DNA of 42,193 nucleotides, taken from contig CBDUYZ010000002.1 in the NCBI GenBank assembly GCA_965371575.1, forward strand, positions 1 through 42,193. Reading direction: 5' to 3'. Every line of letters starts with the position of its first letter. Position 1 is the stretch's first letter. Below, piece by piece: positions 9,166-18,964 of this stretch. The position numbers and the translations under genes were made by a program. Below the pieces are notes generated by a model, which was not told the DNA's origin, made no database searches, and was given only the letters and a program-made list of their open reading frames with translations. Source of the stretch: an uncultured bacterium (lineage in GTDB: Bacteria > Krumholzibacteriota > Krumholzibacteriia > LZORAL124-64-63).

Positions 9166-10223
9166 GAGAGCGACCGTCCTTTGAGAGGATTCTCCTCATC
9201 CGCCGCAAGGCCCTGGGCGATGCCTTGGTGACCATGCGGGCGGTTCTGGAAGTTGTCCGCGCCTGGCCTAACGCGTCGATCGATCTGGTCATCGATCGGC
9301 CCTTTGTTGATCTGCTGGCAGGATTGGCCGGCCGCTCCGACGGGTCTGGCGGTTTACGGGTACTGGCCTGGCCTCCAGCGGCCGGACAATCCTGGTTGGA
9401 CGTGTTGCGGAACGGCAGGTACGATCTCGTCATCGACTGGCTAGGCAGTCCCCGCACCGCCCTGTGGACGATGTTGACGGGCGCCGCGGTCAGGGTGGGT
9501 TATGATCTGCCCCGGCGGAGCTGGGCCTACAACGTCAAGGTGCCCAGGAACCGCACGGCGGGCCGGGACTTGCGCGGTTTCGCAGGCGAAGCGTTTCTCG
9601 ACCCCCTGCGATGTCTGGGAGTGGCTCCCCCCCCGTGGCGCGAGGGTTTTGCGGCCGTTGGCGTTCCGGACGAAACGCCACAAGAATTCAGTGGCGACTT
9701 CCGGACCTGGCTGGACAAGTGGACCAGGTGTGCAGGACTCCGCGTGGTGATGATGATGAGTGCCACGTGGAGCGCAAAGGGATGGCCCGCCGGCCATGCC
9801 GCGGAACTTTTCCAGGAATTTCGCCGCAGGGATTTCAATCCCGTCTTCGTGACGGGGCCGGGGGACGAAGATTTGGAGGCCGAACTGCGGGATATCGTGC
9901 CCGGAGAGGCATTCGCTCCGCCCACGACCCTTCTGGAACTGGCTCATCTCATTGGTCTGGCTCGTATCTTCGTGGGCACGGACTGCGGTCCCAGACATTT
10001 GGCGGCCAGCCTCGGCGTGCCTACGGTTACCTTGTTCGGGCCCACCGATCCGCTTGGATGGAACCCCGCGGCTCCTTTTCATGTTTCAGTTCGGACAGGT
10101 GTGGAGTGCTCGCCCTGCGACCTGGCCGATTGTCCTGTTCCGGGTCATCCTTGTATGAAGGATCTTACTCCCGGTCTGGTTCTGCAGGCCGTGGAACGGG
10201 TTCTGGACGGCGGCCCCAAGTGA
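9156..10223 (+). CDS. GT9-family glycosyltransferase (heptosyltransferase-like), paralog 4
   Basis: Lies within ORF 9060..10223. The ATG at 9156 (MAVRERPSFERILLIRRKALGDALV) overlaps the upstream stop (ATGGCCGTGA). Motifs: FVGTDCGPRHLAASLGVPTVTLFGPTDP and Cys cluster CSPCDLADCPVPGHPC. Confidence 0.85.
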   Translation: MAVRERPSFERILLIRRKALGDALVTMRAVLEVVRAWPNASIDLVIDRPFVDLLAGLAGRSDGSGGLRVLAWPPAAGQSWLDVLRNGRYDLVIDWLGSPRTALWTMLTGAAVRVGYDLPRRSWAYNVKVPRNRTAGRDLRGFAGEAFLDPLRCLGVAPPPWREGFAAVGVPDETPQEFSGDFRTWLDKWTRCAGLRVVMMMSATWSAKGWPAGHAAELFQEFRRRDFNPVFVTGPGDEDLEAELRDIVPGEAFAPPTTLLELAHLIGLARIFVGTDCGPRHLAASLGVPTVTLFGPTDPLGWNPAAPFHVSVRTGVECSPCDLADCPVPGHPCMKDLTPGLVLQAVERVLDGGPK

Positions 10224-11065
10224 AAGGCGTTCTTTTGCGATATCAACAAATTTCAGCAAGGTTCCGTTTCGGTTCGGGGTCCGTTTTCCTGGCGATGTCC
10301 ATGATCGTGATGCTGTCCGTCTCCGGTTGGTCTGCCGACCCGGCACTGTGCGGGGAGGATCCTCCTCATGAGGTGGCTCAGTCGGTCTATGGACCCGGCG
10401 AGCGGATGGTGTTTTCCATCGGGTACGGGGTCATCAACGCAGGGGAGGGCATTCTCGAGGTGCTCGACCTGATTGAGTACAAGGGTCATACCTGCTATCA
10501 CATTCAGAGCAAGGCCAACAGCAACCGGTTCTTTTCCTCCATCTACAAGGTGAGGGACAAGATCACAAGTTACGTCGATGTCGAAACCCTCTACAGTCGA
10601 TATTTCAACAAACGGTTACGAGAGGGGGACTACAAGAAGACCGTGGAGATCGATTTCGACCATCTCGCGCAGGAGGCGCGGTACTCCAACGGGGAGACCT
10701 TTCCCATTTCCAGCGGTGTCCAGGATGTGCTGTCGGCGTTTTTCTACGTGCGAACCCTTGATCTGGAAGCGGGGAAGGTCTTCGACATCCCCGCCCACAG
10801 TTCCCGGCGCACCTACGACCTGAAGGTCATCGTCCACGGCAAGGAAAGGGTGGAAGTCGAGGCCGGAACGTGGAATTGTTTCGTGGTCGAACCGGTTATC
10901 GAGGGCGAGGGCCTGTTCAAACATGAGGGCAAACTGACCTTGTACATCACCGACGACGCCCGCAGGATTCCGATCCTGATCAAGACCAAGGTTCCGGTCG
11001 GGTCGATTGATGTGGAACTGAAGGATTACCGGCCGGGAGTCACCCTGCAACCGGCCGCCGAATAA
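10220..11065 (+). CDS. DUF3108-family secreted protein
   Basis: This is the 3' part of ORF 9611..11065. The GTG at 10220 forms a GTGA overlap with the upstream stop; the alternative ATG at 10295 is possible. The N-terminus is signal-peptide-like (KGVLLRYQQISARFRFGSGSVFLAMSMIVMLSVSGWSA). DUF3108-like blocks: GERMVFSIGYGVINAGEG, QDVLSAFFYVRTLDLEAGKVF, AGTWNCFVVEP, and YITDDARRIPILIKTKVPVGSIDVELKDY. Confidence 0.8.
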   Translation: MKGVLLRYQQISARFRFGSGSVFLAMSMIVMLSVSGWSADPALCGEDPPHEVAQSVYGPGERMVFSIGYGVINAGEGILEVLDLIEYKGHTCYHIQSKANSNRFFSSIYKVRDKITSYVDVETLYSRYFNKRLREGDYKKTVEIDFDHLAQEARYSNGETFPISSGVQDVLSAFFYVRTLDLEAGKVFDIPAHSSRRTYDLKVIVHGKERVEVEAGTWNCFVVEPVIEGEGLFKHEGKLTLYITDDARRIPILIKTKVPVGSIDVELKDYRPGVTLQPAAE

Positions 11066-11093
11066 TTTTCATGAACCGCGAAGGCAATTGCCC

Positions 11094-12671
11094 ATGAACA
11101 AGACCAGTCGCGCCGCATCCCTGGTTCCGCCGGCCGATTGGGCCGCGGACGATGGTGCCGACAAGGTCGCACTTTCGCCCGGCTTCCTGCTCATGGTCGT
11201 ATTACTGGGCGCGGTGTTGCGTCTGTATTCCCTTGCCGGACAATCCCTCTGGGTCGATGAACTCCTCACCTGGCAGATGATTCGCCCCGGCATCCCGGCC
11301 GGGTTTATCGAGCAGATCCGCGACTCGATCCAGGGACCCCTCTACATGGCTGTGGTGTGGCCGCTGATCCGTCTGCAGGATTCCGCCTTCATGCTCCGAC
11401 TACCCGCCGCTATCGCCGGGATTGTCACCATTCCGCTGTTCGGTCTGGTCGTATCCCGCCTGCTGGGGGGGCGGGCCGCGCGGCTGGCCGTCCTGTTGCT
11501 GGCTCTGAACCCTTTCCATATTTGGTACAGTCAGGAGGGCCGCGGATATTCGTTTCTGATCATGTTTTCAGTGCTCATGGCCCTGGCGATCCTGACGCTG
11601 GCCCGCCGGAGATCAGGAATCGGGTTGGCTGTTCTGTTCGCGTTGGCTGCCGCCGGTGCTGTGTGGAGTAATCTGGGAGGCATGTTCCTCTGGCTTGGCA
11701 TGGGGTTGGGTGTGCTTTTTTTCCATTTTCCGTCCAGTCGAAGGGAATGGGGATTGTGGGGGGTGGCTTTCGGCTGCGGATTGTTGCTGGTCTCGCCCTG
11801 GCTCCTGAAAGCCGCGGGTATCTGGGCTGTTGATCGGGTTATGCCCGGCGCCGGTACGGGGGATCCTCTGCGCGGGGAGACCACGTTTTCTCCGCTGGCC
11901 TGGGCCTACACCCTCCAGACCTTTTTCTACGGTTACAGCCTCGGGCCTTCGCTGCGTGAACTCCACCAGCCTGACCGGATAGCCGTGCTGAGGAGCGCCT
12001 GGCCGATCCTTTTCCTTGGCGCCGTGCCGGTCGGGGTGGGCCTCCTGGCCGGACTGATCCGGCTTGACCGGAAACGCGCTTCGCTTCTGGTGTGGATCAT
12101 CGTTCCGGTGTTGATTTTGACATTTTTGGCGCTGCGCAACGTCAAGCCCTGGAATCCACGCTACGTGGCCATGGCTTTGCCCTGGATCCTGGCTCTGACG
12201 GCTTTCGGACTGGCCGGTTTGCCTCGCCGCGCGGCATTGGCGGCGACGGTGCTGCTGACCTGTTTGACCTTGTGGTCGTTGGGCGGTTATTATTGGAATG
12301 AGCGCTACTTCAAGGCCGATGTCCGGGCGGCGGCCGTGTACCTGGAAAAGGCCAATAACGAGGGGGACCCCGTCCTGGCCCCCGTGATCACTTCCGTGTT
12401 CCGGTATTATTACCGGGGTTCCGGTGAAGTACTGGGCACTTACGGGCATGCGGCCCTCCAGGGCACCCGGGAAGCGGGTGCGTTCTGTGAACGAATCCTG
12501 GCCGGCAGGAAACGGTGCTGGTTGGTGCTGGCTCGGGAGTGGTACTTCGATCCTGGGGATCACCTGCTCACGGCGATGTCTCGTCGCGGACATCTGCGAC
12601 TGGTCACCACAGCGGCGGGAGTCCGGGTCTATGACTGGGAAATGCAGTCAGCAAGAGATGTCGAACCATGA
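11094..12671 (+). CDS. ArnT/PMT-like GT-C fold membrane glycosyltransferase (polytopic)
   Basis: ORF 11088..12671, starting at ATG 11094 (TTG 11088 is possible). There are about 10 or more hydrophobic segments. The first periplasmic loop motif is LRLYSLAGQSLWVDELLTWQMI (a D-E pair, as in GT39/GT83 enzymes). The soluble C-terminal domain is about 150 aa. Confidence 0.75.
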   Translation: MNKTSRAASLVPPADWAADDGADKVALSPGFLLMVVLLGAVLRLYSLAGQSLWVDELLTWQMIRPGIPAGFIEQIRDSIQGPLYMAVVWPLIRLQDSAFMLRLPAAIAGIVTIPLFGLVVSRLLGGRAARLAVLLLALNPFHIWYSQEGRGYSFLIMFSVLMALAILTLARRRSGIGLAVLFALAAAGAVWSNLGGMFLWLGMGLGVLFFHFPSSRREWGLWGVAFGCGLLLVSPWLLKAAGIWAVDRVMPGAGTGDPLRGETTFSPLAWAYTLQTFFYGYSLGPSLRELHQPDRIAVLRSAWPILFLGAVPVGVGLLAGLIRLDRKRASLLVWIIVPVLILTFLALRNVKPWNPRYVAMALPWILALTAFGLAGLPRRAALAATVLLTCLTLWSLGGYYWNERYFKADVRAAAVYLEKANNEGDPVLAPVITSVFRYYYRGSGEVLGTYGHAALQGTREAGAFCERILAGRKRCWLVLAREWYFDPGDHLLTAMSRRGHLRLVTTAAGVRVYDWEMQSARDVEP

Positions 12672-13357
12672 GAGTTGAAAACTTCTACGGCAGTGAACAG
12701 GGTTTCGACGAATTCGTGCAGCCCTGTGGGGAGGGTTATGAAGGCGGCTGTTCTCCTAGCTATCGCGTGCTCAAGCGTTTGTTCGACGTGGCCGCCTCCC
12801 TGTCCGGGCTCCTGCTGATCCTGCCGCTGCTCCCCTTCATTGTCATATTGATCAAGCTTGAAACTCCGGGTCCCGTTTTCTTCAAACAGCAACGGGTTGG
12901 TTTCCGTGGGCGCATGTTCCGTTGTTACAAGTTCCGCTCCATGACCAGCGATGCCGAGGATCAGAAGGAACACATTCAGCACTTGAACGAAGCCACTGGG
13001 GCTGCCTTCAAAATCAAGAATGACCCGCGGATTACCGGCGTGGGCACCTTTCTGAGACGCAGCAGCCTCGATGAATTTCCCCAGCTGATCAACGTTTTTC
13101 GTGGCGAAATGAGCATCGTGGGCCCCCGGCCGCAGATTCCCGCTGAAGTCAAAGACTACACTCCAGAACAAGCCTGCCGCCTGTTGGCCAAACCCGGTCT
13201 GACCTGTTTGTGGCAGGTCTCCGGACGCAGCCATCTGGATTTCCAGGAGTGGATGGAACTCGACCAGGAGTACGCGCGCCGGGCCGGATTCCGGGTGGAC
13301 CTTCATGTGCTGTTGCGAACCCTGCCAGCAGTCATTGAAAGGAAGGGCGCCTATTGA
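12668..13357 (+). CDS. Small (PglC/WbaP C-domain type) undecaprenyl-phosphate sugar phosphotransferase
   Basis: ATGA overlap with the upstream stop. Motifs: KRLFDVAASLSGLLLILPLLPFIVILIKLETPGPVFFKQQRVG, YKFRSM, DPRITGVGTFLRRSSLDEFPQLINVFRGEMSIVGPRP. Confidence 0.9.
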   Translation: MRVENFYGSEQGFDEFVQPCGEGYEGGCSPSYRVLKRLFDVAASLSGLLLILPLLPFIVILIKLETPGPVFFKQQRVGFRGRMFRCYKFRSMTSDAEDQKEHIQHLNEATGAAFKIKNDPRITGVGTFLRRSSLDEFPQLINVFRGEMSIVGPRPQIPAEVKDYTPEQACRLLAKPGLTCLWQVSGRSHLDFQEWMELDQEYARRAGFRVDLHVLLRTLPAVIERKGAY

Positions 13358-13743
13358 GCGTGGTGGGTATCGGCACCGATATCGTCGCGGTGGCAAGGAT
13401 CGCAGAGCTGCTTGTTCGCCACGGGGATCGTTTTACGGGGCGCTGTTTCCGGACCGGAGAGCTCGCTTCCCCTGGCCGGGACCGGGAATCGCCGGCCCGG
13501 ACTGCTGTCTCCTTGGCTGGCCGCTGGGCCGCCAAGGAGGCATTCCTTAAGGCCTTGGGTGCCGATGTGCGGGGGATCCCCTACCGGGACATCGAAGTAG
13601 TAAAGTCCACCCTGGGTCCCGTGGGGCTGGTTCTGCACGGTCGGGCACTCGCTGCCATGGCCAGGGTCGGCGGGAGTAGGGTCCACCTTACCATCAGTCA
13701 CGAACGGGAATTCGCCGTGGCTTCGGTGCTCATCGAGGCTTGA
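13354..13743 (+). CDS. acpS: Holo-[acyl-carrier-protein] synthase
   Basis: The TTG at 13354 forms a TTGA overlap with the upstream stop; the GTG at 13360 is also possible. Motifs: VVGIGTDIVAVARI, GRWAAKEAFLKALG, and HLTISHEREFAVASVLIE. Confidence 0.88.
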   Translation: MSVVGIGTDIVAVARIAELLVRHGDRFTGRCFRTGELASPGRDRESPARTAVSLAGRWAAKEAFLKALGADVRGIPYRDIEVVKSTLGPVGLVLHGRALAAMARVGGSRVHLTISHEREFAVASVLIEA

Positions 13744-13925
13744 ATCGGGCTTGAGAAGGAGGTTTCCGCTACCCCGCGCGCCGGTTGTTCCGCCACCGAA
13801 ATCCCCAAAGATCTTGGCGTGCCGGGATGGTGTGTGCTAGATTCTGCAATCTGCGTGCGGGCCGGTCAGGCCTGTTTGAGCGTAGCATGCTAGGAAACCC
13901 CGGGCCCGAGGTGTCCCATCGGATC

Positions 13926-14840
13926 ATGGAACTTGAATTCCTCCTGATTGATGTTTTCACGGACCGCCCCTTCGGTGGCAGCCGTCTTTACCTCTTTCCC
14001 GATGGAACCGGGGTTCCGCCGGATATGATGCAGTCTCTGGCCAGGGAGCTTGGCCCGGGGGAGATTGCCTTCATCCTGCCTTCATCCGAGCGTGATTCCG
14101 GGCGCGCCGGTCTGCGTGTCTTTACTCCCGCGGCGGAAATTCCCTTCGGCGGACATTCCGTCCTCGGCGCCACCTTTGCCCTGGATCACCTTGGCAGCAG
14201 ACGTGTTGCCAGAGAAAAGCAGGAGTCCTTCACCTGGGAACTCGAAGCGGGCCAGTACGAGGTGGTGACCAGCTACGAGAACGACAACCTGATCTACAGC
14301 CTCCGCCAGGATGCTCCCGCATTCATGGGCCAGTATTTCCACCGGGGAAAGGTGGCCCGGACTCTTGGCTTGCCCGAGGATGATATCGCGATCACGGGTC
14401 TGCCCTGCGAAGTCATTTCCACGGGCCTGCCCATCCATATCGTTCCCTTGGCCTCACTCGATGCCATGGGACGGATCATCCTGCGTAACCGGGACGCCGA
14501 ATCCATTGCCCGGGATCTGGGCTTCGGCGACCTTTTTGTGTTCACCTGCGAAACTGTTCAACCCGAAGCGACCGTCCACTGTCGCATGTTCGCCCCCTAT
14601 TTCGGCATTCCGGAGGACGCCGCCAGCGGGGCCGCTACCGGAGCCCTCGTGGCCTACCTGGTCAAGCATCGTCTGATTAAGTACAGTTCCAAGGTGCGGA
14701 TCATCTGCGAGCAGGGTCTCGAGATGGGTCGCCCCAGCCGTCTCATTGCAGAAGCCGGAATTTCCGGCGGACGGGCCTTCGGCATTCAGGTCGGCGGTCA
14801 GTGCGTTCTGGTCGGGTCCGGCAGCATCAACATTCCCTGA
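13926..14840 (+). CDS. PhzF-family isomerase/epimerase-like protein
   Basis: Lies within ORF 13785..14840, starting at ATG 13926 (MELEFLLIDVFTDRPFGGSRLYLF); the ATG at 13887 is possible. Motifs: the PhzF-like N-terminus, FGGHSVLGATFAL, and ASGAATGALVAYL. Confidence 0.8.
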   Translation: MELEFLLIDVFTDRPFGGSRLYLFPDGTGVPPDMMQSLARELGPGEIAFILPSSERDSGRAGLRVFTPAAEIPFGGHSVLGATFALDHLGSRRVAREKQESFTWELEAGQYEVVTSYENDNLIYSLRQDAPAFMGQYFHRGKVARTLGLPEDDIAITGLPCEVISTGLPIHIVPLASLDAMGRIILRNRDAESIARDLGFGDLFVFTCETVQPEATVHCRMFAPYFGIPEDAASGAATGALVAYLVKHRLIKYSSKVRIICEQGLEMGRPSRLIAEAGISGGRAFGIQVGGQCVLVGSGSINIP

Positions 14841-14887
14841 GCCCGCATTAATTGTCTGGGGGCCTAGTCGAAAGTGAGTAAGGATCC

Positions 14888-16546
14888 ATGATCGTCCCAA
14901 CCGGTCTGTCCTCCGAAATGTGCGATATGGTCATTCAGACATTGCGGCGGGTCGTCGACCGCGAACTGCCGGACGAAAAGATCATGGCTCTCGATGCCGA
15001 GGACCTTTTCCCCGACGACGTCATCGCGAAGTTACTGTCTCCGGACGTCGGTCTGCATCTGATATTCCTGCCCGAGGAATTCGGCGGGCTCGGGGGAGGG
15101 GCGCGGGACATCTGTCGGGTCAGCGAGGAGATTGCCTCCAGGGATCTGGGCGTGGCCACGGCCTTTCTGGCCATTTGCCTGGGTACAGATCCCATTCTTG
15201 TGGGCGGCACCAGTGAACAGAAGAAAAAATGGCTCACCCGGATCGCGACCGAAGGTGTGATCGTGGCCTACGGTGTGACCGAGCCGGAAGCCGGCAGCGA
15301 CGTCGCGGCAGTGAAAACCACCGCTGACCGGATCCTTGATGCCGACGGAAACGTCACTGGCTACCGGTTGAACGGGACCAAGCAGTTCATCACCAATGGA
15401 GGAGTGGCCCAGATCTACACAATCCTGGCCAGGACTCCGGACGGCCTCAGCTTTTTCGTGGTGGAACGCGACACCCCCGGCCTGTCCGTGGGGAAGCATG
15501 AGGAGAAGCACGGCATCCGGGCCTCCAATACCACCGGTGTCCTGCTGGAGGATATGGACCTTCCGGCCGAGAACCTCATCGGTCTGGTGGAAGGCCAGGG
15601 TCTCAAGCAGGCCAACGAGGTGTTCGGCTACACCCGGTTGATGGTGGGAGCGTTCGGCCTCGGAGGAGGGCAGGGGCCCTTGAACCGTGCGCTGGCCTAC
15701 GCCAAGGCCCGGAAACAGTTCGGCGGCCTACTTGTTGATAAGCAGGGGTATCTGCTAAAGCTGCTCGTGGAGAACTGGATCGATCTAGCCGCGGGCCGGG
15801 CCCACATGGAACAGGTGGCCCTGCAACTCGACGAAGGCGGCAAGAACATGGGCACCGAGGGCTCCATAGCCAAGTTATGGGGAACCGAGGCGGGCAACCG
15901 TGCGGCCGACGCTTCCATCCAGGCTCTGGGCGGCTATGGCTATGCGCGTGAATACGTCGTGGAGAAGATGCGCCGCGATGTCCGGATCACCACCATCTAC
16001 GAGGGCACCAGCGAGATCCAGCAGAGTATCATCGCCTTGTACAGGTGGAAGGAAACGGTCCGGTCCAAGGGCGGGTTCTACGAGAACATGGCCGTCGAGA
16101 TGGACCAGCTGCATGAAGCAGAACCTGTGGTCGGGGCGGCCATGGTTGCCGGCGCCGTCCGTGGCCTCAACGACGTGATCATGCACATGCACCGGGCCAG
16201 GTTGACCAGGAACCAGATCGTCATGTTCGCCTTCGCCGACATGATGACCGTCTGCGAAGTGGCTGCCGCCTTCACGCTCCAGGCTGCCCGTCTCGTTGAA
16301 CAGGGAGATGCCACAGCGGAGGCCTTTGCGGCCATGAGCAGGGTATTCGCCCGCAAGGCCGTCCGGATCGTGTCCCGTGGTGCTGAACTCTGTGCCGGCG
16401 GCTGGAGCAACGGCGCAGACCAGGAGGATTTGGCGGCGGCGGAAGACATGCTGGTAGGCGTGAAGGCGCGTTTCCCCCTGGCCGAGACTTCCGGTTTGTG
16501 GCTCGACATGGAGGTCGTTGGCGAATACCTCAAGACATTGGCATGA
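14888..16546 (+). CDS. Acyl-CoA dehydrogenase with a C-terminal extension
   Basis: Motifs: GVTEPEAGSDVAAVKTTA, GTKQFITNGGVA, and YEGTSEIQ (catalytic Glu context). An extra helical tail of about 150 aa follows. Confidence 0.9.
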   Translation: MIVPTGLSSEMCDMVIQTLRRVVDRELPDEKIMALDAEDLFPDDVIAKLLSPDVGLHLIFLPEEFGGLGGGARDICRVSEEIASRDLGVATAFLAICLGTDPILVGGTSEQKKKWLTRIATEGVIVAYGVTEPEAGSDVAAVKTTADRILDADGNVTGYRLNGTKQFITNGGVAQIYTILARTPDGLSFFVVERDTPGLSVGKHEEKHGIRASNTTGVLLEDMDLPAENLIGLVEGQGLKQANEVFGYTRLMVGAFGLGGGQGPLNRALAYAKARKQFGGLLVDKQGYLLKLLVENWIDLAAGRAHMEQVALQLDEGGKNMGTEGSIAKLWGTEAGNRAADASIQALGGYGYAREYVVEKMRRDVRITTIYEGTSEIQQSIIALYRWKETVRSKGGFYENMAVEMDQLHEAEPVVGAAMVAGAVRGLNDVIMHMHRARLTRNQIVMFAFADMMTVCEVAAAFTLQAARLVEQGDATAEAFAAMSRVFARKAVRIVSRGAELCAGGWSNGADQEDLAAAEDMLVGVKARFPLAETSGLWLDMEVVGEYLKTLA

Positions 16547-16562
16547 TATCCGGGGTCCCTAC

Positions 16563-17300
16563 ATGAACCTGGACCGTAAAATCGACATCTTCACCCAGCG
16601 GCTGGCGCAGGACCCGCACTCGCGGGTCTTTGCCCCCCTGGCTGACCTGTTGCGCCAGGCCGGGCGTTGGGATGACGCGCTGGACTTGCTGGACGACGGT
16701 TTGAGTCGGCATCCTGATTATATCTCTGCCCTGGTGATCAAGGGGTGTACCCTGCTGGACGCCGGCCGGGTGGATGAGGCGCGGCAGGCCCTGGCGTGTG
16801 CCCTGGAACTGGACGCGGAAAATTTCGTCGTTCTGTGCCTGTTGGCCGAAGACGCCCGAAGTCGTCAGGACTGGGAGGGATCGATTTCCCTGCTGGAAAA
16901 GCTGGTGGTACTGGATCCGGATGACGACAGGTGGTCCGGAGCTCTGGCGGAAGCCAAGCAGTTCGCCGCGCGGGATCTTCCCGTCGGCTCCGCGGACTCA
17001 TCCTTCGTCACCATGACCCTGGTGGATATCTATCTCTCCCAGGGCTACCGCAACAAGGCCCTGGCTGCCCTCAACCATATGATAGACCGGGAACCGGACC
17101 GCAAGGATGTCCTGCAGCGGATAGCAGAGATCCAGGCCGAAAGTTCCATCGTCCCGCCGGGACTGGAGAGACGGATCCCGTCGCTCCAGACTCCCGCGGC
17201 CGGCCACGGCGACCGGCGGGCAGTCCAACGGTCCAGCGAGAAGAAGCAGTTCAAGGAATGGATCAACCGCATACGACAGCAAGACGGGCCGTCTCAATGA
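16563..17300 (+). CDS. TPR-repeat protein
   Basis: Lies within ORF 16518..17300, starting at ATG 16563 (start uncertain). It has repeated helical TPR-like units (WDDALDLLDDGLSRHPDY, GRVDEARQALACALELDAENF, DWEGSISLLEKLVVLDPDD, YRNKALAALNHMIDREPD). Confidence 0.65.
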   Translation: MNLDRKIDIFTQRLAQDPHSRVFAPLADLLRQAGRWDDALDLLDDGLSRHPDYISALVIKGCTLLDAGRVDEARQALACALELDAENFVVLCLLAEDARSRQDWEGSISLLEKLVVLDPDDDRWSGALAEAKQFAARDLPVGSADSSFVTMTLVDIYLSQGYRNKALAALNHMIDREPDRKDVLQRIAEIQAESSIVPPGLERRIPSLQTPAAGHGDRRAVQRSSEKKQFKEWINRIRQQDGPSQ

Positions 17301-17770
17301 CCCCGCTCGTGGTTGTGGTCGGTGGACCCAATCTTGGTCGTCTGGGCAGGCGTCAACCGGAGATCTACGGTCATACCACTTGGTCGGAGTTGGAGTCCCG
17401 GTGCCTGGGCTGGGCCGGGGACCTCGGTCTCGAACTCGAATTCCTGCAGTCGGACCTGGAGGGGGAGTTGGTCGGCATGATTCACCGGGCCGGCGACGCG
17501 GCCGAGGGGCTCATCCTCAACGCCGCTGCCTACACGCACACCTCAGTGGCCATCCGGGACGCGGTGGCGGCGGTGGAGATCCCGGTTGTGGAAATACACT
17601 TGACCAATCCCGACGCTCGGGAGTCCTTCCGGCGCAAAAACCTGCTGGCCGATGTGGTGACCGCGGGGATTCGCGGTTTCGGGATCGACGGCTACCGCTT
17701 GGCCCTGGTGGGAATAGCGGCCCTGTTGAAGGCCGGACGCAAGGGGACCGAGCGGAATAATCCAGGGTAA
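17297..17770 (+). CDS. aroQ: Type II 3-dehydroquinate dehydratase
   Basis: Lies within ORF 16931..17770. The ATG at 17297 forms an ATGA overlap with the TPR stop. Motifs: VVVGGPNLGRLGRRQPEIYG, ILNAAAYTHTSVAIRDA, and VEIHLTNPDARESFR. Confidence 0.92.
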   Translation: MTPLVVVVGGPNLGRLGRRQPEIYGHTTWSELESRCLGWAGDLGLELEFLQSDLEGELVGMIHRAGDAAEGLILNAAAYTHTSVAIRDAVAAVEIPVVEIHLTNPDARESFRRKNLLADVVTAGIRGFGIDGYRLALVGIAALLKAGRKGTERNNPG

Positions 17771-17860
17771 CATTAATTGCCATGACGGGAACGGCGTGTT
17801 ATCAATTACCGGGTTCTGAGAGATAGCTAAACGGGCTTACGAGGGAAAGAAAGGGTCGAG

Positions 17861-18418
17861 TTGGCTGATACGAGTAATTTCCGGACCGGATTCACCATGA
17901 AACACAAGAACGGCTTGTGGTCCATCGTGGAATTCCAGCATGTCAAACCGGGCAAGGGCCCGGCCTTCGTCCGCAGCAAGTTGAAAAACGTCGAAAACGG
18001 CAAGGTGATCGAAGAGACCTTCAGGGCTGGGGAAAAAATCGAAGAAGTGCGGCTGGAGCGCCGGGAATTTCAATATTTGTATCCCGATGGTGAATTTTAT
18101 GTTTTCATGAACACCGAAACCTTTGAACAGGTCCAGCTGCACAAGGACACCTTGGGGGACGTGCCCCTGTATATCAAGGAAAGCGAAATGTGCAGCGTGC
18201 TGCTGATGGAGGATAAACCGCTGACGGTGGAAGCTCCGCTGACTGTGGAGTTGCAGGTCACGCAAACCGATCCAGGCGTGCGTGGAGACACCGCCCAGGG
18301 CGGCTCCAAACCGGCCACCATGGAAACGGGACTCCTGGTGCAGGTGCCCCTCTTCATCGAAGAGGGTGCGATCCTCAAAATCGATTCCCGCACCGGGAAG
18401 TACCTGGGAAGGGTTTAA
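17861..18418 (+). CDS. efp: Elongation factor P
   Basis: TTG start at 17861 after GAGGGAAAGAAAGGG. Motifs: [30 protein letters not shown] (conserved KPGKG loop), and [16 protein letters not shown]. Confidence 0.93.
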   Translation: MADTSNFRTGFTMKHKNGLWSIVEFQHVKPGKGPAFVRSKLKNVENGKVIEETFRAGEKIEEVRLERREFQYLYPDGEFYVFMNTETFEQVQLHKDTLGDVPLYIKESEMCSVLLMEDKPLTVEAPLTVELQVTQTDPGVRGDTAQGGSKPATMETGLLVQVPLFIEEGAILKIDSRTGKYLGRV

Positions 18419-18452
18419 CATGAAAATCGTTCCACGCACCGGAGGGTCTGAT

Positions 18453-18914
18453 ATGGATATCGACAAGGTTCGCGAACTTGTCAAGCTGGTCGAAGACAGC
18501 GGTATCGAGGAGCTGGAGATCAGTCATGAAGACACTACGATCCGCATCCAGAAATCAGGTCCGCCGGCCCTGGCCGCCGCTTCGGTCGTTCCGGCCATGC
18601 AGGTGCCCCTGCCTCAGACTTCTGCACCCGCCGCCGAGACATCGCCCGCGGTCGCAGATCCCAGCCGGGCCAGCTGGAAGGATCTACGGTCGCCCATCGT
18701 CGGCACCTTCTACCGCGCCGCTTCTCCCACCAGCGCCCCTTTCGCCGAGGTGGGGGACCGGGTGGCGACCGGCCAGACCCTGTGCATCATCGAGGCCATG
18801 AAGGTCATGAACGAGATTGAGGCCGAATTCAGCGGTACGATCAAGGAGATCTTCGTCGAGGACGGCAACCCGGTGGAGGCCGAGGCAGTTCTCTTTCTCA
18901 TCGACCCCGACTGA
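18453..18914 (+). CDS. accB: Acetyl-CoA carboxylase biotin carboxyl carrier protein
   Basis: Lies within ORF 18282..18914. The ATG at 18453 follows GGAGGG (18441..18446); the in-frame ATG at 18420 is also possible. It has a Pro/Ala linker and the biotinyl domain [10 protein letters not shown]...[16 protein letters not shown]. Confidence 0.92.
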   Translation: MDIDKVRELVKLVEDSGIEELEISHEDTTIRIQKSGPPALAAASVVPAMQVPLPQTSAPAAETSPAVADPSRASWKDLRSPIVGTFYRAASPTSAPFAEVGDRVATGQTLCIIEAMKVMNEIEAEFSGTIKEIFVEDGNPVEAEAVLFLIDPD

Positions 18915-18964
18915 TCAACGGACCTGCGCGCCCCTGTCCGCCCCGGCTCGAGTCGGAGTACAGC

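Noticed and set aside
9611-10219. The 5' two-fifths of the 484-aa ORF 9611..11065.
   Set aside because: This part overlaps GT9 paralog 4 out of frame and translates to Arg/Gly/Ser-rich nonsense. Recognisable DUF3108 sequence and a signal peptide begin only after the GT9 stop, so the gene was trimmed to 10220.
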